Assembly (NCBI GenBank): GCA_015065285.1
Contig: SVQP01000007.1
Coordinates: forward strand, 7,520-71,519
Length of the DNA stretch: 64,000 bases
Direction of reading: 5' to 3'
Origin: Oscillospiraceae bacterium
GTDB taxonomy: Bacteria > Bacillota > Clostridia > Oscillospirales > CAG-272
The notes below the pieces were generated by a model. That model had not been told where the DNA came from. It made no database searches and saw nothing but the letters and a program-made list of their open reading frames with translations. Every line of letters starts with the position of its first letter. The stretch's first letter is position 1. The position numbers were made by a program, and so were the translations under genes. Positions 56,099-64,000 of this stretch are shown in pieces.

Positions 56099-56146
56099 GT
56101 AGGGGAGACCTGTGGTCTCCCGCGGGCGAACACAGTTCGCCCCTAC
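56099..56146. repeat. GTAG-type REP doublet
   Basis: GTAGGGGAGACCTGTGGTCTCCCGC-GGGCGAACACAGTTCGCCCCTAC. Confidence 0.75.
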
Positions 56147-56223
56147 CGTGTGGTTTAGGTAAATGTTTCGTATTTTTCCGATAAGAACATCACCCATTTG
56201 CATCGTGCGTTTTTTTGTTGTGA

Positions 56224-56321
56224 AGTGATATTTGCCCTTTGGGCAGTGATATTTTGGCTTTGCCAAAGTGATATTGAAGCCTTGCGGCTTCAGTGATATT
56301 CTGTTCGCCGCGGGCGAACAG
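56224..56321. repeat. Second AGTGATATT hairpin-spacer array
   Basis: AGTGATATT at 56224, 56245, 56267, 56292 separated by palindromic spacers. Confidence 0.85.
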
Positions 56322-56342
56322 AGTTGGCATACTGTTCCGATT

Positions 56343-57233
56343 TTATCGGAACAGTATGCCATACCCCCAGCCAACTCTGCCACCGCTTTTCAGACGCTGT
56401 ACAAACGCGCGTCGCAGCGAGGTATTTGTGGGCAGACGATCGGGGTTGCGCTCTGCCGTGTCAAACAAGCACCAAAGGCTCTCACCGTCCGAATCGTCCC
56501 AGGAAAGAATCTCAAATTCCTTCATAAAGCGAAGCACGTTGCTGCGCTCGGATACAAATTCGGTCATGCGAGGGTACAGCAGCCAGGAATGGCACACAAA
56601 CGGTACTTTCCCGTCCGGACACTGATCCGGGGGCAGCTGTTTTTGGAAGAATGCCTTGGCGCGGGCAAACGAGTCCTCGTACAATTCCTTTGAAAGCGGC
56701 AGACCGCTTCGGGGAATGTGCATGTTGAGCACCTTGCTCTCTTTGCCAAGTGTGATGCCGTCCTTTTGATATTCGCGCCCGAAATCCACAATCTCAAATT
56801 GAAGGCGCCCCAGCGCAAAGCGGGTCATTTTGAACCAGCCCGGCATCCAGAATGCCACAAACATGCCGCGCACACCGCGCACGAGCTTGCATTCCTCCAA
56901 TTTGTATTTGAGGTCCAGCACAGTGTCGTGCCAGATGGCGTCGTCAATGCCGCGCTGCGCGTAAAGCTCGCGCAGGTGCTTTGAAAGGCAAATGAACAGC
57001 AAAAGGTCGGTGGTGTGGTTGTGTATGCTTGCAAGCCGCGCCGCCTTTTTGCTTTGCGCGGTCAGCGCGTTATAATCGCAGTTGATGTCGGCTTCATAGG
57101 TCGCAATCGCGCCTTCAAGCAGCGCGGCTGCTTCGGGATTTGCCATGAGCTTATCATAGGCAGCCAGAAGTGCTGCGGAGTCTGCCGCATCATAGGAAAA
57201 ATTTGCAAAGAACCAACTCAAATAGTCTTTCAT
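56343..57233 (-). CDS. Acyltransferase-domain protein (NAT_N + GNAT_C / DUF5596-like), paralog 1
   Basis: GID..IW.DT..DL..K..EC, RFALGRLQFE, NMHIP, FVCHSWLL, TSLRR; start ATG 57233 or TTG 57248. Confidence 0.78.
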   Translation of the reverse strand: MKDYLSWFFANFSYDAADSAALLAAYDKLMANPEAAALLEGAIATYEADINCDYNALTAQSKKAARLASIHNHTTDLLLFICLSKHLRELYAQRGIDDAIWHDTVLDLKYKLEECKLVRGVRGMFVAFWMPGWFKMTRFALGRLQFEIVDFGREYQKDGITLGKESKVLNMHIPRSGLPLSKELYEDSFARAKAFFQKQLPPDQCPDGKVPFVCHSWLLYPRMTEFVSERSNVLRFMKEFEILSWDDSDGESLWCLFDTAERNPDRLPTNTSLRRAFVQRLKSGGRVGWGYGILFR

Positions 57234-57244
57234 AGCCGCCTCTG

Positions 57245-58120
57245 TCAACGGAACAGAATGCCAAAGCCAAAGCCCACTCTGCCGCCCTTTTTCAAATGCT
57301 CGGCATACGCGCGACGCAGCGAGGTATCTGCGGGCAGGCGATCGGGATGCTGCTCCATGGTATCAAACAAGCGCCACAGATCCTCTCCGTTGTTGTAGCT
57401 CCATTCCATCAGGTCAAATTCCGACATAAACTTGCGCACGTTGGATTTTTCGTGCAAGAACTCAGCCTGCTCGGGGAAGAGCAGCCAGGAATGGCACACA
57501 AAGGGTACGAGCGTGCCGGGGCACTGCTCCTTGTAAAACGCCTTTGCGCGTGCAAAAGCATCCTCGTAAAGCGCAGGGGAGAGTGGCTGGCCCGAGCGAG
57601 GGATATGCATGTTAATGGCTTTGGTGCCTTTGGCAAGCGAGATCTCGCCCTTCTGATAGTCGCGGTCAAGATCCCACAGCTCAAATTGCAGCCTGCCCAG
57701 CGCAAAGCGCGTCAGATTGAAAAATCCGGGGAACCAACCTGCCACAAAGGTGCCGCAGATGTCATAGACCACGCGGCATTCCTCCAATTTGTACTTCAGG
57801 TCCAGCATGGAATCGTGCCAGATGGCAAGGTCAATGCCGTGCTCGGCGTACAGCTCGCGCAATCTTTTGGAGAGCATGATGAACAAAAGCAGATCTGTGG
57901 TAAAGTTGTGCACGCCCACAAGCTTGCCTGCTTCTTGCGTTTGGCGTATTAAAGCGCCCCAGTCGCAGTTGCAATCTGCCGCGTAAGTCGCGTAAGCCTG
58001 CTCGAAGGGAATGCGCGCTGCGTCGCAGGCGCAGATCTTATCAAATGCGTTCAAAAGGACAGTCGTATCCTTTTCGGAGTATTCAAATTCCGCAAAAAAG
58101 CGCTCAAAATACTGTCGCAT
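57245..58120 (-). CDS. Acyltransferase-domain protein, paralog 2
   Basis: Same motif set; colinear with paralog 1. Confidence 0.78.
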   Translation of the reverse strand: MRQYFERFFAEFEYSEKDTTVLLNAFDKICACDAARIPFEQAYATYAADCNCDWGALIRQTQEAGKLVGVHNFTTDLLLFIMLSKRLRELYAEHGIDLAIWHDSMLDLKYKLEECRVVYDICGTFVAGWFPGFFNLTRFALGRLQFELWDLDRDYQKGEISLAKGTKAINMHIPRSGQPLSPALYEDAFARAKAFYKEQCPGTLVPFVCHSWLLFPEQAEFLHEKSNVRKFMSEFDLMEWSYNNGEDLWRLFDTMEQHPDRLPADTSLRRAYAEHLKKGGRVGFGFGILFR

Positions 58121-58135
58121 AGTACGCTGCCTTTC

Positions 58136-58447
58136 TTAAATGAATTTTACTGCCGTACCGTAAGCCATGATCTCGGCAGCACCGTCCATGACTGCGGAGG
58201 AGGCATAACGCACGCAGATAATGGCGTCCGCGCCCATCGCTTCCGCTTTTTCGATCATACGCTCCGTGGCTTTTTTGCGTGCCTCGTTCATCATTTCGGT
58301 GTATCCCTTGAGCTCTCCGCCCACAATGGTTTTGAAGCTTGCGGCAATGTCTCGCCCGATGTGCTTGCTTTGCACCGTGCTGCCCTCTACCAGCCCCAGG
58401 GTCTCGATCTGCTTACCGGAAACGTAGTCGGTCGTATAAATTTTCAT
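58136..58447 (-). CDS. YbjQ/UPF0145 family protein
   Basis: LGLVEG...GRDIAA..K.IVGGELKGYT...AR..A..RM...GADAI...AYGTAV; AGGAGG RBS. Confidence 0.9.
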   Translation of the reverse strand: MKIYTTDYVSGKQIETLGLVEGSTVQSKHIGRDIAASFKTIVGGELKGYTEMMNEARKKATERMIEKAEAMGADAIICVRYASSAVMDGAAEIMAYGTAVKFI

Positions 58448-58499
58448 AGGATCATCCTCCTTATAAGTGTTTGATTTGATTGTAGCACAACCGGACGCT

Positions 58500-58707
58500 T
58501 TTGTCAATAAAAAGCCCCGATTCATGCCTGGAGGCAGCATGGATCGGGGCAGGAAAATGGCGATTATTCGATTGTTGCCTTTCCAAGGATCAGACGACGG
58601 CACAGACGGTAGAACCAGTAAGCACCGATGACGAACGCAACGTCAAGGCAGGTGACGACCAGCACGTACAAAATCTGCGTTGGCACGTAACCAATGGCGT
58701 CACTCAC
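58500..58707. repeat. 208-bp direct repeat, copy 1 (orphan 3' fragment of the YwaF-like gene, terminator and -35 box)
   Basis: Identical to 60125-60332 except at 3 positions. Confidence 0.95.
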
Positions 58708-58710
58708 TCC

Positions 58711-60075
58711 TTATACCGAAAAGTATTTTTTGATCATGGCTGGGATTTGCCCCTTCATAGCGGCAAGTACGTCAATGGCTTGCTTGTCGCCTGCAACGTA
58801 GCGGTTCATAAAGTAGCCCTCGGTCAGGCAAGCTCTGTCGTGCAGAGGGTAATAATTCTCCATCAGGAAGCAGGCGTATTTGACCAGACGGTAATCACCG
58901 ACCAATCGGTATTCCTTGCTGATGGTATCGACTGCGACAGAATATTTTTGCTTGATGGAATTGATCAGTGCACGGTCAGTGTTCTCGGGCGCAAATACAA
59001 TGGTGGAGCAGATCAGTGCATTGCGGTTATGCTCGGCAATGGAGCTGTGGCTGTCGGTACTGCCTACAACGGGGGGATCTATGCCCTGTTGCTTCATCTC
59101 ATAATAAAGTGCGGTCTGGAAGCCGTTGTGCGAGAAGGGATTCTCGCCACCCAGCACCTCAAAGGCGTCAAAGGGGGCTTTTTTGTAAATATAATACGTG
59201 TAGTCCTCAGGCAGCTGCATCATGTCAAAGAGCCAGTAGGGGTGGGGGAAGATGCCCAAGCCGCCTGCTGCCTGCACCTGCTCATATGTCCATTCCAGCA
59301 CGGCAAAGCTCATTCTCTCGGATTCCTTATCAAGATCGGTGATCTTGGCGGCGCGCTCCTTGATCATAGCGGAAAATTGCTCGTGGGTCATGGGATCGGG
59401 AGCCTTGCCGTCCAGCGATCGCCAGGCAAGATCATCACCTGCCTTTTCGGTGTTGGGGCGAGGGGAGACCAGCGCGTTGACGCTGAAGGTACCACCGAAA
59501 TTCACGTAATGCACGTCGTTGTAAGGCAGATGGATCTCTTCACCCTGCACAATGTTGAGGTCGGTCAGATCCTTCCAATATGCCTGTGCCTCCAGCGAGG
59601 GGTAGTATCTTTCATGGTCGGAGATAACCGTAAAGTCGTAGCCGTGGCCGCGGTAATTGGCGCAAACCACTTCGGGAGCCTGCGCACCGTCCGAGCGGGT
59701 GGTATGCAGATGAAGATCTCCGCGGTAAGGATACCTACCTGCCATATCCTCGGCAAGCGAATAGACCGAGAGCTGCACCAAAGGACGCGCATCGGGGGAG
59801 TCACAAATGCGCAGGTAATGCTCTCCCTCGCCCTCAAAATACGCGGTGAAGCGCAGACACCCATCCGCGTCCGGAGTGGCTGTGAGGGTTGAACGACCCG
59901 AATATTCGGGATAGAGGTGAGGGGAAGAGTTTGCCACCTTGCGGACGTGCACGGTATAGACGTGATCTGCCTTAAAGGCGGCATGTCCACCGAGCGGCTG
60001 TACAGTCACAGTGGTTTCGCGATCCCCCAGGAAAGCCTTGGGAAAAATGTCATAGTTGTAAAGCGCAGGATGCAT
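58711..60075 (-). CDS. PHP-domain metallohydrolase (CehA/McbA-like)
   Basis: GDLHLHTTRSDG, ISDH, GEE, HPYW, FEVLGG, GSTDSH; AAGGAGG RBS before ATG 60075. Confidence 0.82.
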   Translation of the reverse strand: MHPALYNYDIFPKAFLGDRETTVTVQPLGGHAAFKADHVYTVHVRKVANSSPHLYPEYSGRSTLTATPDADGCLRFTAYFEGEGEHYLRICDSPDARPLVQLSVYSLAEDMAGRYPYRGDLHLHTTRSDGAQAPEVVCANYRGHGYDFTVISDHERYYPSLEAQAYWKDLTDLNIVQGEEIHLPYNDVHYVNFGGTFSVNALVSPRPNTEKAGDDLAWRSLDGKAPDPMTHEQFSAMIKERAAKITDLDKESERMSFAVLEWTYEQVQAAGGLGIFPHPYWLFDMMQLPEDYTYYIYKKAPFDAFEVLGGENPFSHNGFQTALYYEMKQQGIDPPVVGSTDSHSSIAEHNRNALICSTIVFAPENTDRALINSIKQKYSVAVDTISKEYRLVGDYRLVKYACFLMENYYPLHDRACLTEGYFMNRYVAGDKQAIDVLAAMKGQIPAMIKKYFSV

Positions 60076-60124
60076 TTGAAACCTCCTTGGTTGTTCTAAC
60101 ACAATTTTAGCACAAGGGCGCGCA

Positions 60125-60332
60125 TTTGTCAATGAAAAGCCCCGATTCATGCCTGGAGGCAGCATGGATCGGGGCAGGAAAATGGCGATTATTCGATTGT
60201 TGCCTTTCCAAGGATCAGGCGGCGGCACAGACGGTAGAACCAGTAAGCACCGATGACGAACGCAACGTCAAGGCAGGTGACGACCAGCACGTACAAAATC
60301 TGCGTTGGCACGTAACCAATGGCGTCACTCAC
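60125..60332. repeat. 208-bp direct repeat, copy 2
   Basis: Covers the 3' end of 60189-60953, its terminator and the downstream -35 box. Confidence 0.95.
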
Positions 60333-60953
60333 CGCCATGCGCACGTTTTCCAGAGGGGCGATATTGCAGCGGTAAAGATTGTTGTAATTGGTGCTCAGTA
60401 CGTGTGAGGCAATGCCTGCTATGATGCAGTAGACTGCCACGAAAGCCGAGCAGGCGCGCACCTCACCCTTGCCCGGGTTGTGCAGACCGAGCGCGGGAAT
60501 GAGCATGTAGGCAAACAGCGCCAGATTGTGGAAGGTGACTGTGTGGAAGGCAAAGTAGTTTTGGAAGTAATTTTCAATGTCCCAAGCCGAGTAGATCAGA
60601 TCGGGGTAGATGACAGTCAGCAGAAATACTGCAGCTGCCAGCGCGCTTGCAACGCCCGAGACAAGGCGTGCGTGCTTGCCGCGATAGAATGCCAGTGCAG
60701 GAAGCGCTACCAACATCAAAGAGCAAAAGTGCAGGGGAATATGATAAAGGTCATACCCGTCGGGGCGCAGGAAGGAGGAGACCTGCTTGCCAACCTCCAG
60801 CAAAAGGAGAATGACGGCAACGACCTGCAAGGGGATCATGCGGATATGTAGGGGCTTGTGCCTCAGCCACAGGTGCAGGATGACCGTTACGATCACCATG
60901 ACAACAAGAGCCGGGAGCAGGGTTTTGAGATGCGCGGGTGTCCAGAGCTGCAT
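60189..60953 (-). CDS. YwaF-like integral membrane protein
   Basis: H near N-terminus, LEVGK, IPLHFCS, FH...H, TNY motifs; GGAGG RBS. Confidence 0.75.
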   Translation of the reverse strand: MQLWTPAHLKTLLPALVVMVIVTVILHLWLRHKPLHIRMIPLQVVAVILLLLEVGKQVSSFLRPDGYDLYHIPLHFCSLMLVALPALAFYRGKHARLVSGVASALAAAVFLLTVIYPDLIYSAWDIENYFQNYFAFHTVTFHNLALFAYMLIPALGLHNPGKGEVRACSAFVAVYCIIAGIASHVLSTNYNNLYRCNIAPLENVRMAVSDAIGYVPTQILYVLVVTCLDVAFVIGAYWFYRLCRRLILGKATIE

Positions 60954-61068
60954 GCCGTGTTCCTCCAAGTGTTTACTGCTTTTATCATAGCACAAGCCCA
61001 AAATCAAGTCAAGAAAACGGGAAACGAATTAAGATATTAAGATTGGGACAGCAGCACTTTATCGCACG

Positions 61069-61100
61069 AAAAAAGCCCCCGACCGAGTGCGGTCGGGGGC
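61069..61100 (-). terminator. Terminator after ABC operon
   Basis: GCCCCCGACCG-cact-CGGTCGGGGGC followed by TTTTTT on the minus strand. Confidence 0.85.
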
Positions 61101-61105
61101 AAGTG

Positions 61106-61900
61106 TCAGCTAAGCAGCGCGCGGTCGTTGGCAAATTCCTGACCGCTGGTCAAAGAAAACTTCTGAATCAGCGCGTCCACGGTCAGCGCCTTTTTTTCCT
61201 CTCCCGAAACGTCGAAAATGATGCGACCCTCGTGCATCATAATCAGGCGGTTGCCGTAGGCAATGGCGTCCTTCATGTTATGGGTGACCATCATAGCGGT
61301 CAGATTGTTCTCGGAGATCAGTTTTTGCGATATTTCCAGCACCTTGGCAGCCGTTTTGGGGTCAAGGGCTGCCGTGTGCTCGTCCAAAAGCAGCAGCTTG
61401 GGCTTTTTGATCGAAGCCATCAGCAGCGTCAGCGCCTGTCTCTGTCCGCCCGACAGCAGACCTACCTTGGCGGTCATGCGGTCCTCAAGCCCCAGATCAA
61501 GGATCTTGAGCATTTCGCGGTATTGCTCCTTTTCCTTGCGCGAGATGCCCCAGCGTAAGCCGCGCAGCTGTCCGCGCCGCGCCGCAATTGCCAGGTTTTC
61601 CTGAATCTCCATGGTGGCTGCGGTGCCGGTCATAGGGTCCTGAAATACGCGTCCGAGGTATTTGGCGCGCTTGTGCTCGGTCAGCTTGTTGACGCGTACA
61701 CCGTCGATGATAATATCGCCCTCGTCGATGGGCCAAACGCCTGCCACCGCGTTGAGCGTGGTGGATTTGCCCGCACCGTTGCCGCCTATGATGGTGACGA
61801 AATCACCGGGGGCGAGGTGCAGGTTGACGCCGCAAAGCGCGCGTTTTTCATTGATCGTGCCTGCGTTGAAGGTTTTTTGAACGTTGTTCAGCTCAAGCAT
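61106..61900 (-). CDS. ABC transporter ATP-binding protein (putative Trp/Tyr uptake)
   Basis: GGNGAGKST, VFQDPMTGTA, LSGGQRQALTL, LDEHTAALDP. Confidence 0.9.
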   Translation of the reverse strand: MLELNNVQKTFNAGTINEKRALCGVNLHLAPGDFVTIIGGNGAGKSTTLNAVAGVWPIDEGDIIIDGVRVNKLTEHKRAKYLGRVFQDPMTGTAATMEIQENLAIAARRGQLRGLRWGISRKEKEQYREMLKILDLGLEDRMTAKVGLLSGGQRQALTLLMASIKKPKLLLLDEHTAALDPKTAAKVLEISQKLISENNLTAMMVTHNMKDAIAYGNRLIMMHEGRIIFDVSGEEKKALTVDALIQKFSLTSGQEFANDRALLS

Positions 61901-62849
61901 TTGCACCGCCCTCCTTTGCATCCGATTTTACTTTTTTGTGATGTGGCTTGGAAAAATAGGTCTTTTTCAGATAGGGGACTGCAAGGAAAATTGCCACCAC
62001 CACTGCTGAGAGCATCTTGAGGTAGTTGGAATCCAAGCCCATATAGATGACGGTGGAGTATACGATAAAGTAGGTGATGCCACCCAGTACCACGGTAATC
62101 AGCTTGAGCGCAAAGTTGTTGCGCGCGATCCAGCCGAACAGCGCCTCACCAATGATCACGGCAGCAAGACCGATCACGATTGCGCCCTTACCCATGTTGA
62201 CGTCGGCGTTGCCCTGATACTGCGCCAGCAGCGCGCCTGCAAAGGCAACGATGCCGTTGGAGAGCACCAAGCCAAAGATCTTGGTGGCGTTTGTATTGAT
62301 GCCCTGCGCGCGGCTCATGTTCAGATTGGCGCCGGTTGCGCGGATGCTGGCACCGAATTCGGTGCCGAAGAACCAGTAAAGCAGCGCAATCAGGACCACA
62401 CAGATGACCTCAAGCACGATCAGGGATTTGTTCATGTCCAGCATGGTGACCAAGGTGTTGAAATTTCTGGAAGAGAGCGAGAGGTTAGCTGCGCTGTCCT
62501 TACCCACGGCAAATCCCAGAACCTTGAGATTGACCGACCATAGGATCAGCTGGGTCAGAATGCCCGAGAGAATGGCAGGGATGCCCATAAAGGTATGGAA
62601 CACACCGGTCAGCAGTCCTGCCAAAAGACCTGCTATAAAGGCACAAAGCATTGCCACAGGCATAGGCACGCCCACGGTCATAAGGGCGGCACAAACAACA
62701 GCACCCAAGCAGATGCTGCCATCCACAGTCAGATCGGAGAAATCCAGCACCTTGAAGGTGATATAAACGCCAATCGCCATGATTCCCCAGATCATACCCT
62801 GCGCCACGGCACCGGGCAGAGAGGAAATATAATTGACAAGTGTGGTCAT
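61893..62849 (-). CDS. ABC transporter permease (BPD_transp_2 type)
   Basis: GVYITFKVLDFSDLTVDGS, IRATGAN, GAIVIGLAAVIIGE. Confidence 0.9.
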   Translation of the reverse strand: MTTLVNYISSLPGAVAQGMIWGIMAIGVYITFKVLDFSDLTVDGSICLGAVVCAALMTVGVPMPVAMLCAFIAGLLAGLLTGVFHTFMGIPAILSGILTQLILWSVNLKVLGFAVGKDSAANLSLSSRNFNTLVTMLDMNKSLIVLEVICVVLIALLYWFFGTEFGASIRATGANLNMSRAQGINTNATKIFGLVLSNGIVAFAGALLAQYQGNADVNMGKGAIVIGLAAVIIGEALFGWIARNNFALKLITVVLGGITYFIVYSTVIYMGLDSNYLKMLSAVVVAIFLAVPYLKKTYFSKPHHKKVKSDAKEGGANA

Positions 62850-62930
62850 AACAGTCTCCTTAAAAATGATAAGATGTAAGAGCGCGGGCGGAGATTGTCC
62901 GCCCGCAAAAATTCAGTTTGGCTTTGCCGG

Positions 62931-63908
62931 TCAGCTCAGCGGAACGTATCCTGCTGCCTCCAGGGCTGCCGTATCAATGCCCAGATCTGCGCAGATCGCA
63001 GGATTGTAGCTCTTGGTTTCCTTGGGGGCATACGCGATGGGCATGGTCTGAATGTCAGCCGCACCACTCAGGATATCGGCTGCCATCTCACCGGTCTTGT
63101 AGCCAAGATCGTAGTAGCTGATCGAAAGGGTTGCCACGCCGCAGCCACCGCAAATGCCTGCTTCGCCTGCGATGATCGGCTTCTTGTTGTCGCCCATAGC
63201 GCCGTAAATGGTCTGGGCGCATGCAGCAGCGGTGTTATCGGTAGGGATGTAGATCACGTCGCACTCTGCAGCTGCCTTCTGGGTAACGGTAGAGACGTCG
63301 TTGGAATCGGAGAATTCATAGTTTGTGCAGGTAATGCCCTTGGCAGTCAGGTATTGGCTGACTTTTTTGACCTGATAGTCGGAGTTTGCTTCGCTGGAGC
63401 AGTACAGCATGCCAACCTTCTGTGCTTCGGGGAAGAGATCCAGGATCATCTGTGCCTGGTTGTCAAGCGACGCAAGGTCGGAGGTGCCGGAGACGTTGGT
63501 GCCAACCGTACCCGAGAAATTCTCAATGCCCAGAGCCACGCCGTATTCGGTAACCGAGGTGCCAAGGATCGGGATGGTGGTGGTTGCATTATAAGCTGCC
63601 TGCAGCGCGGGGGTTGCGTTTGCCATAATCAGGTCAACCTTTTTGGTCACAAAGGTATTGGCAATGGTTGCGCAGGTATCGGTGGAGTTAGCGGCATTCT
63701 GAATGTCAATCACTACGTTTTCCTCGCCAAGCTTTGCCTTAAGTGCGTCAACAAAGCCTTCGGTCGCTGCGTCAAGCGCGGGGTGCGCTACCAGCTGGAT
63801 TACGCCAACCGTATATTTGCCGTCGTCCTGCTCGTCGCAGGAGGCAAGCGTCATGCAGCAGCCGAGGCAAAGAATGAGGGCTAAGATAAGTGACAGTGTT
63901 TTTTTCAT
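62931..63908 (-). CDS. ABC substrate-binding lipoprotein (ABC_sub_bind, aromatic amino acid type)
   Basis: Lipobox LASC; QLVAHPALD, ATPALQA, NVSGTSD, SEANS, IPTDN. Confidence 0.88.
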   Translation of the reverse strand: MKKTLSLILALILCLGCCMTLASCDEQDDGKYTVGVIQLVAHPALDAATEGFVDALKAKLGEENVVIDIQNAANSTDTCATIANTFVTKKVDLIMANATPALQAAYNATTTIPILGTSVTEYGVALGIENFSGTVGTNVSGTSDLASLDNQAQMILDLFPEAQKVGMLYCSSEANSDYQVKKVSQYLTAKGITCTNYEFSDSNDVSTVTQKAAAECDVIYIPTDNTAAACAQTIYGAMGDNKKPIIAGEAGICGGCGVATLSISYYDLGYKTGEMAADILSGAADIQTMPIAYAPKETKSYNPAICADLGIDTAALEAAGYVPLS

Positions 63909-64000
63909 GATTCGTTCTCCTTGATTCGAATTGCATTTTTACCTTGCGAAAAATGCTTGACTTTTCCGTGTGTATAGTATATAATACATCCAAGCATTAG

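Noticed and set aside
58500-60332. DGR template/variable repeat pair (all 3 mismatches are A vs G on the + strand)
   Set aside because: On the coding (minus) strand the differences are T/C and synonymous, not adenine-specific; no reverse transcriptase or avd gene is in the window
63909-64000. T-box or riboswitch upstream of the aromatic amino acid ABC operon
   Set aside because: No T-box consensus or terminator is visible in the 92 bp available

Overview
Gene-dense chromosomal window from a moderately GC-rich Firmicute (Clostridia-like, with sigma-A TTGACA/TATAAT promoters and GGAGG RBSs). Housekeeping content includes queT with a preQ1-I riboswitch, nth, fba, pyk, Mini-III, a cyclophilin and the rpmG-secE-nusG-rplK-rplA cluster. 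I saw no integrase, transposase, reverse transcriptase, cas, rRNA or tRNA gene. The most striking coding feature is a ~21 kb divergent cell-surface locus (24472-45512). One arm encodes a ~2900-aa subtilase/BspA-LRR protease with two internal TM helices, followed by an unusually large OppA, oppBCDF and a small membrane gene. The other arm encodes three lipoproteins, one with a CxxC thioredoxin domain, that share an Ig-like module and an unrecognised Cys-containing repeat domain. Non-coding highlights: (i) two arrays of a 9-bp AGTGATATT repeat separated by variable hairpin spacers; (ii) an ~850-bp nested inverted-repeat element with compensatory base changes; (iii) a 208-bp direct repeat that brackets a PHP hydrolase gene. 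Also notable: a SecE with a signal-peptide-like N-terminus and Thr/Glu stalk, a four-gene tandem array of paralogous membrane proteins, an orphan MazF and a degenerate PlsY. All assignments come from motif recognition by eye; no database searches were run.
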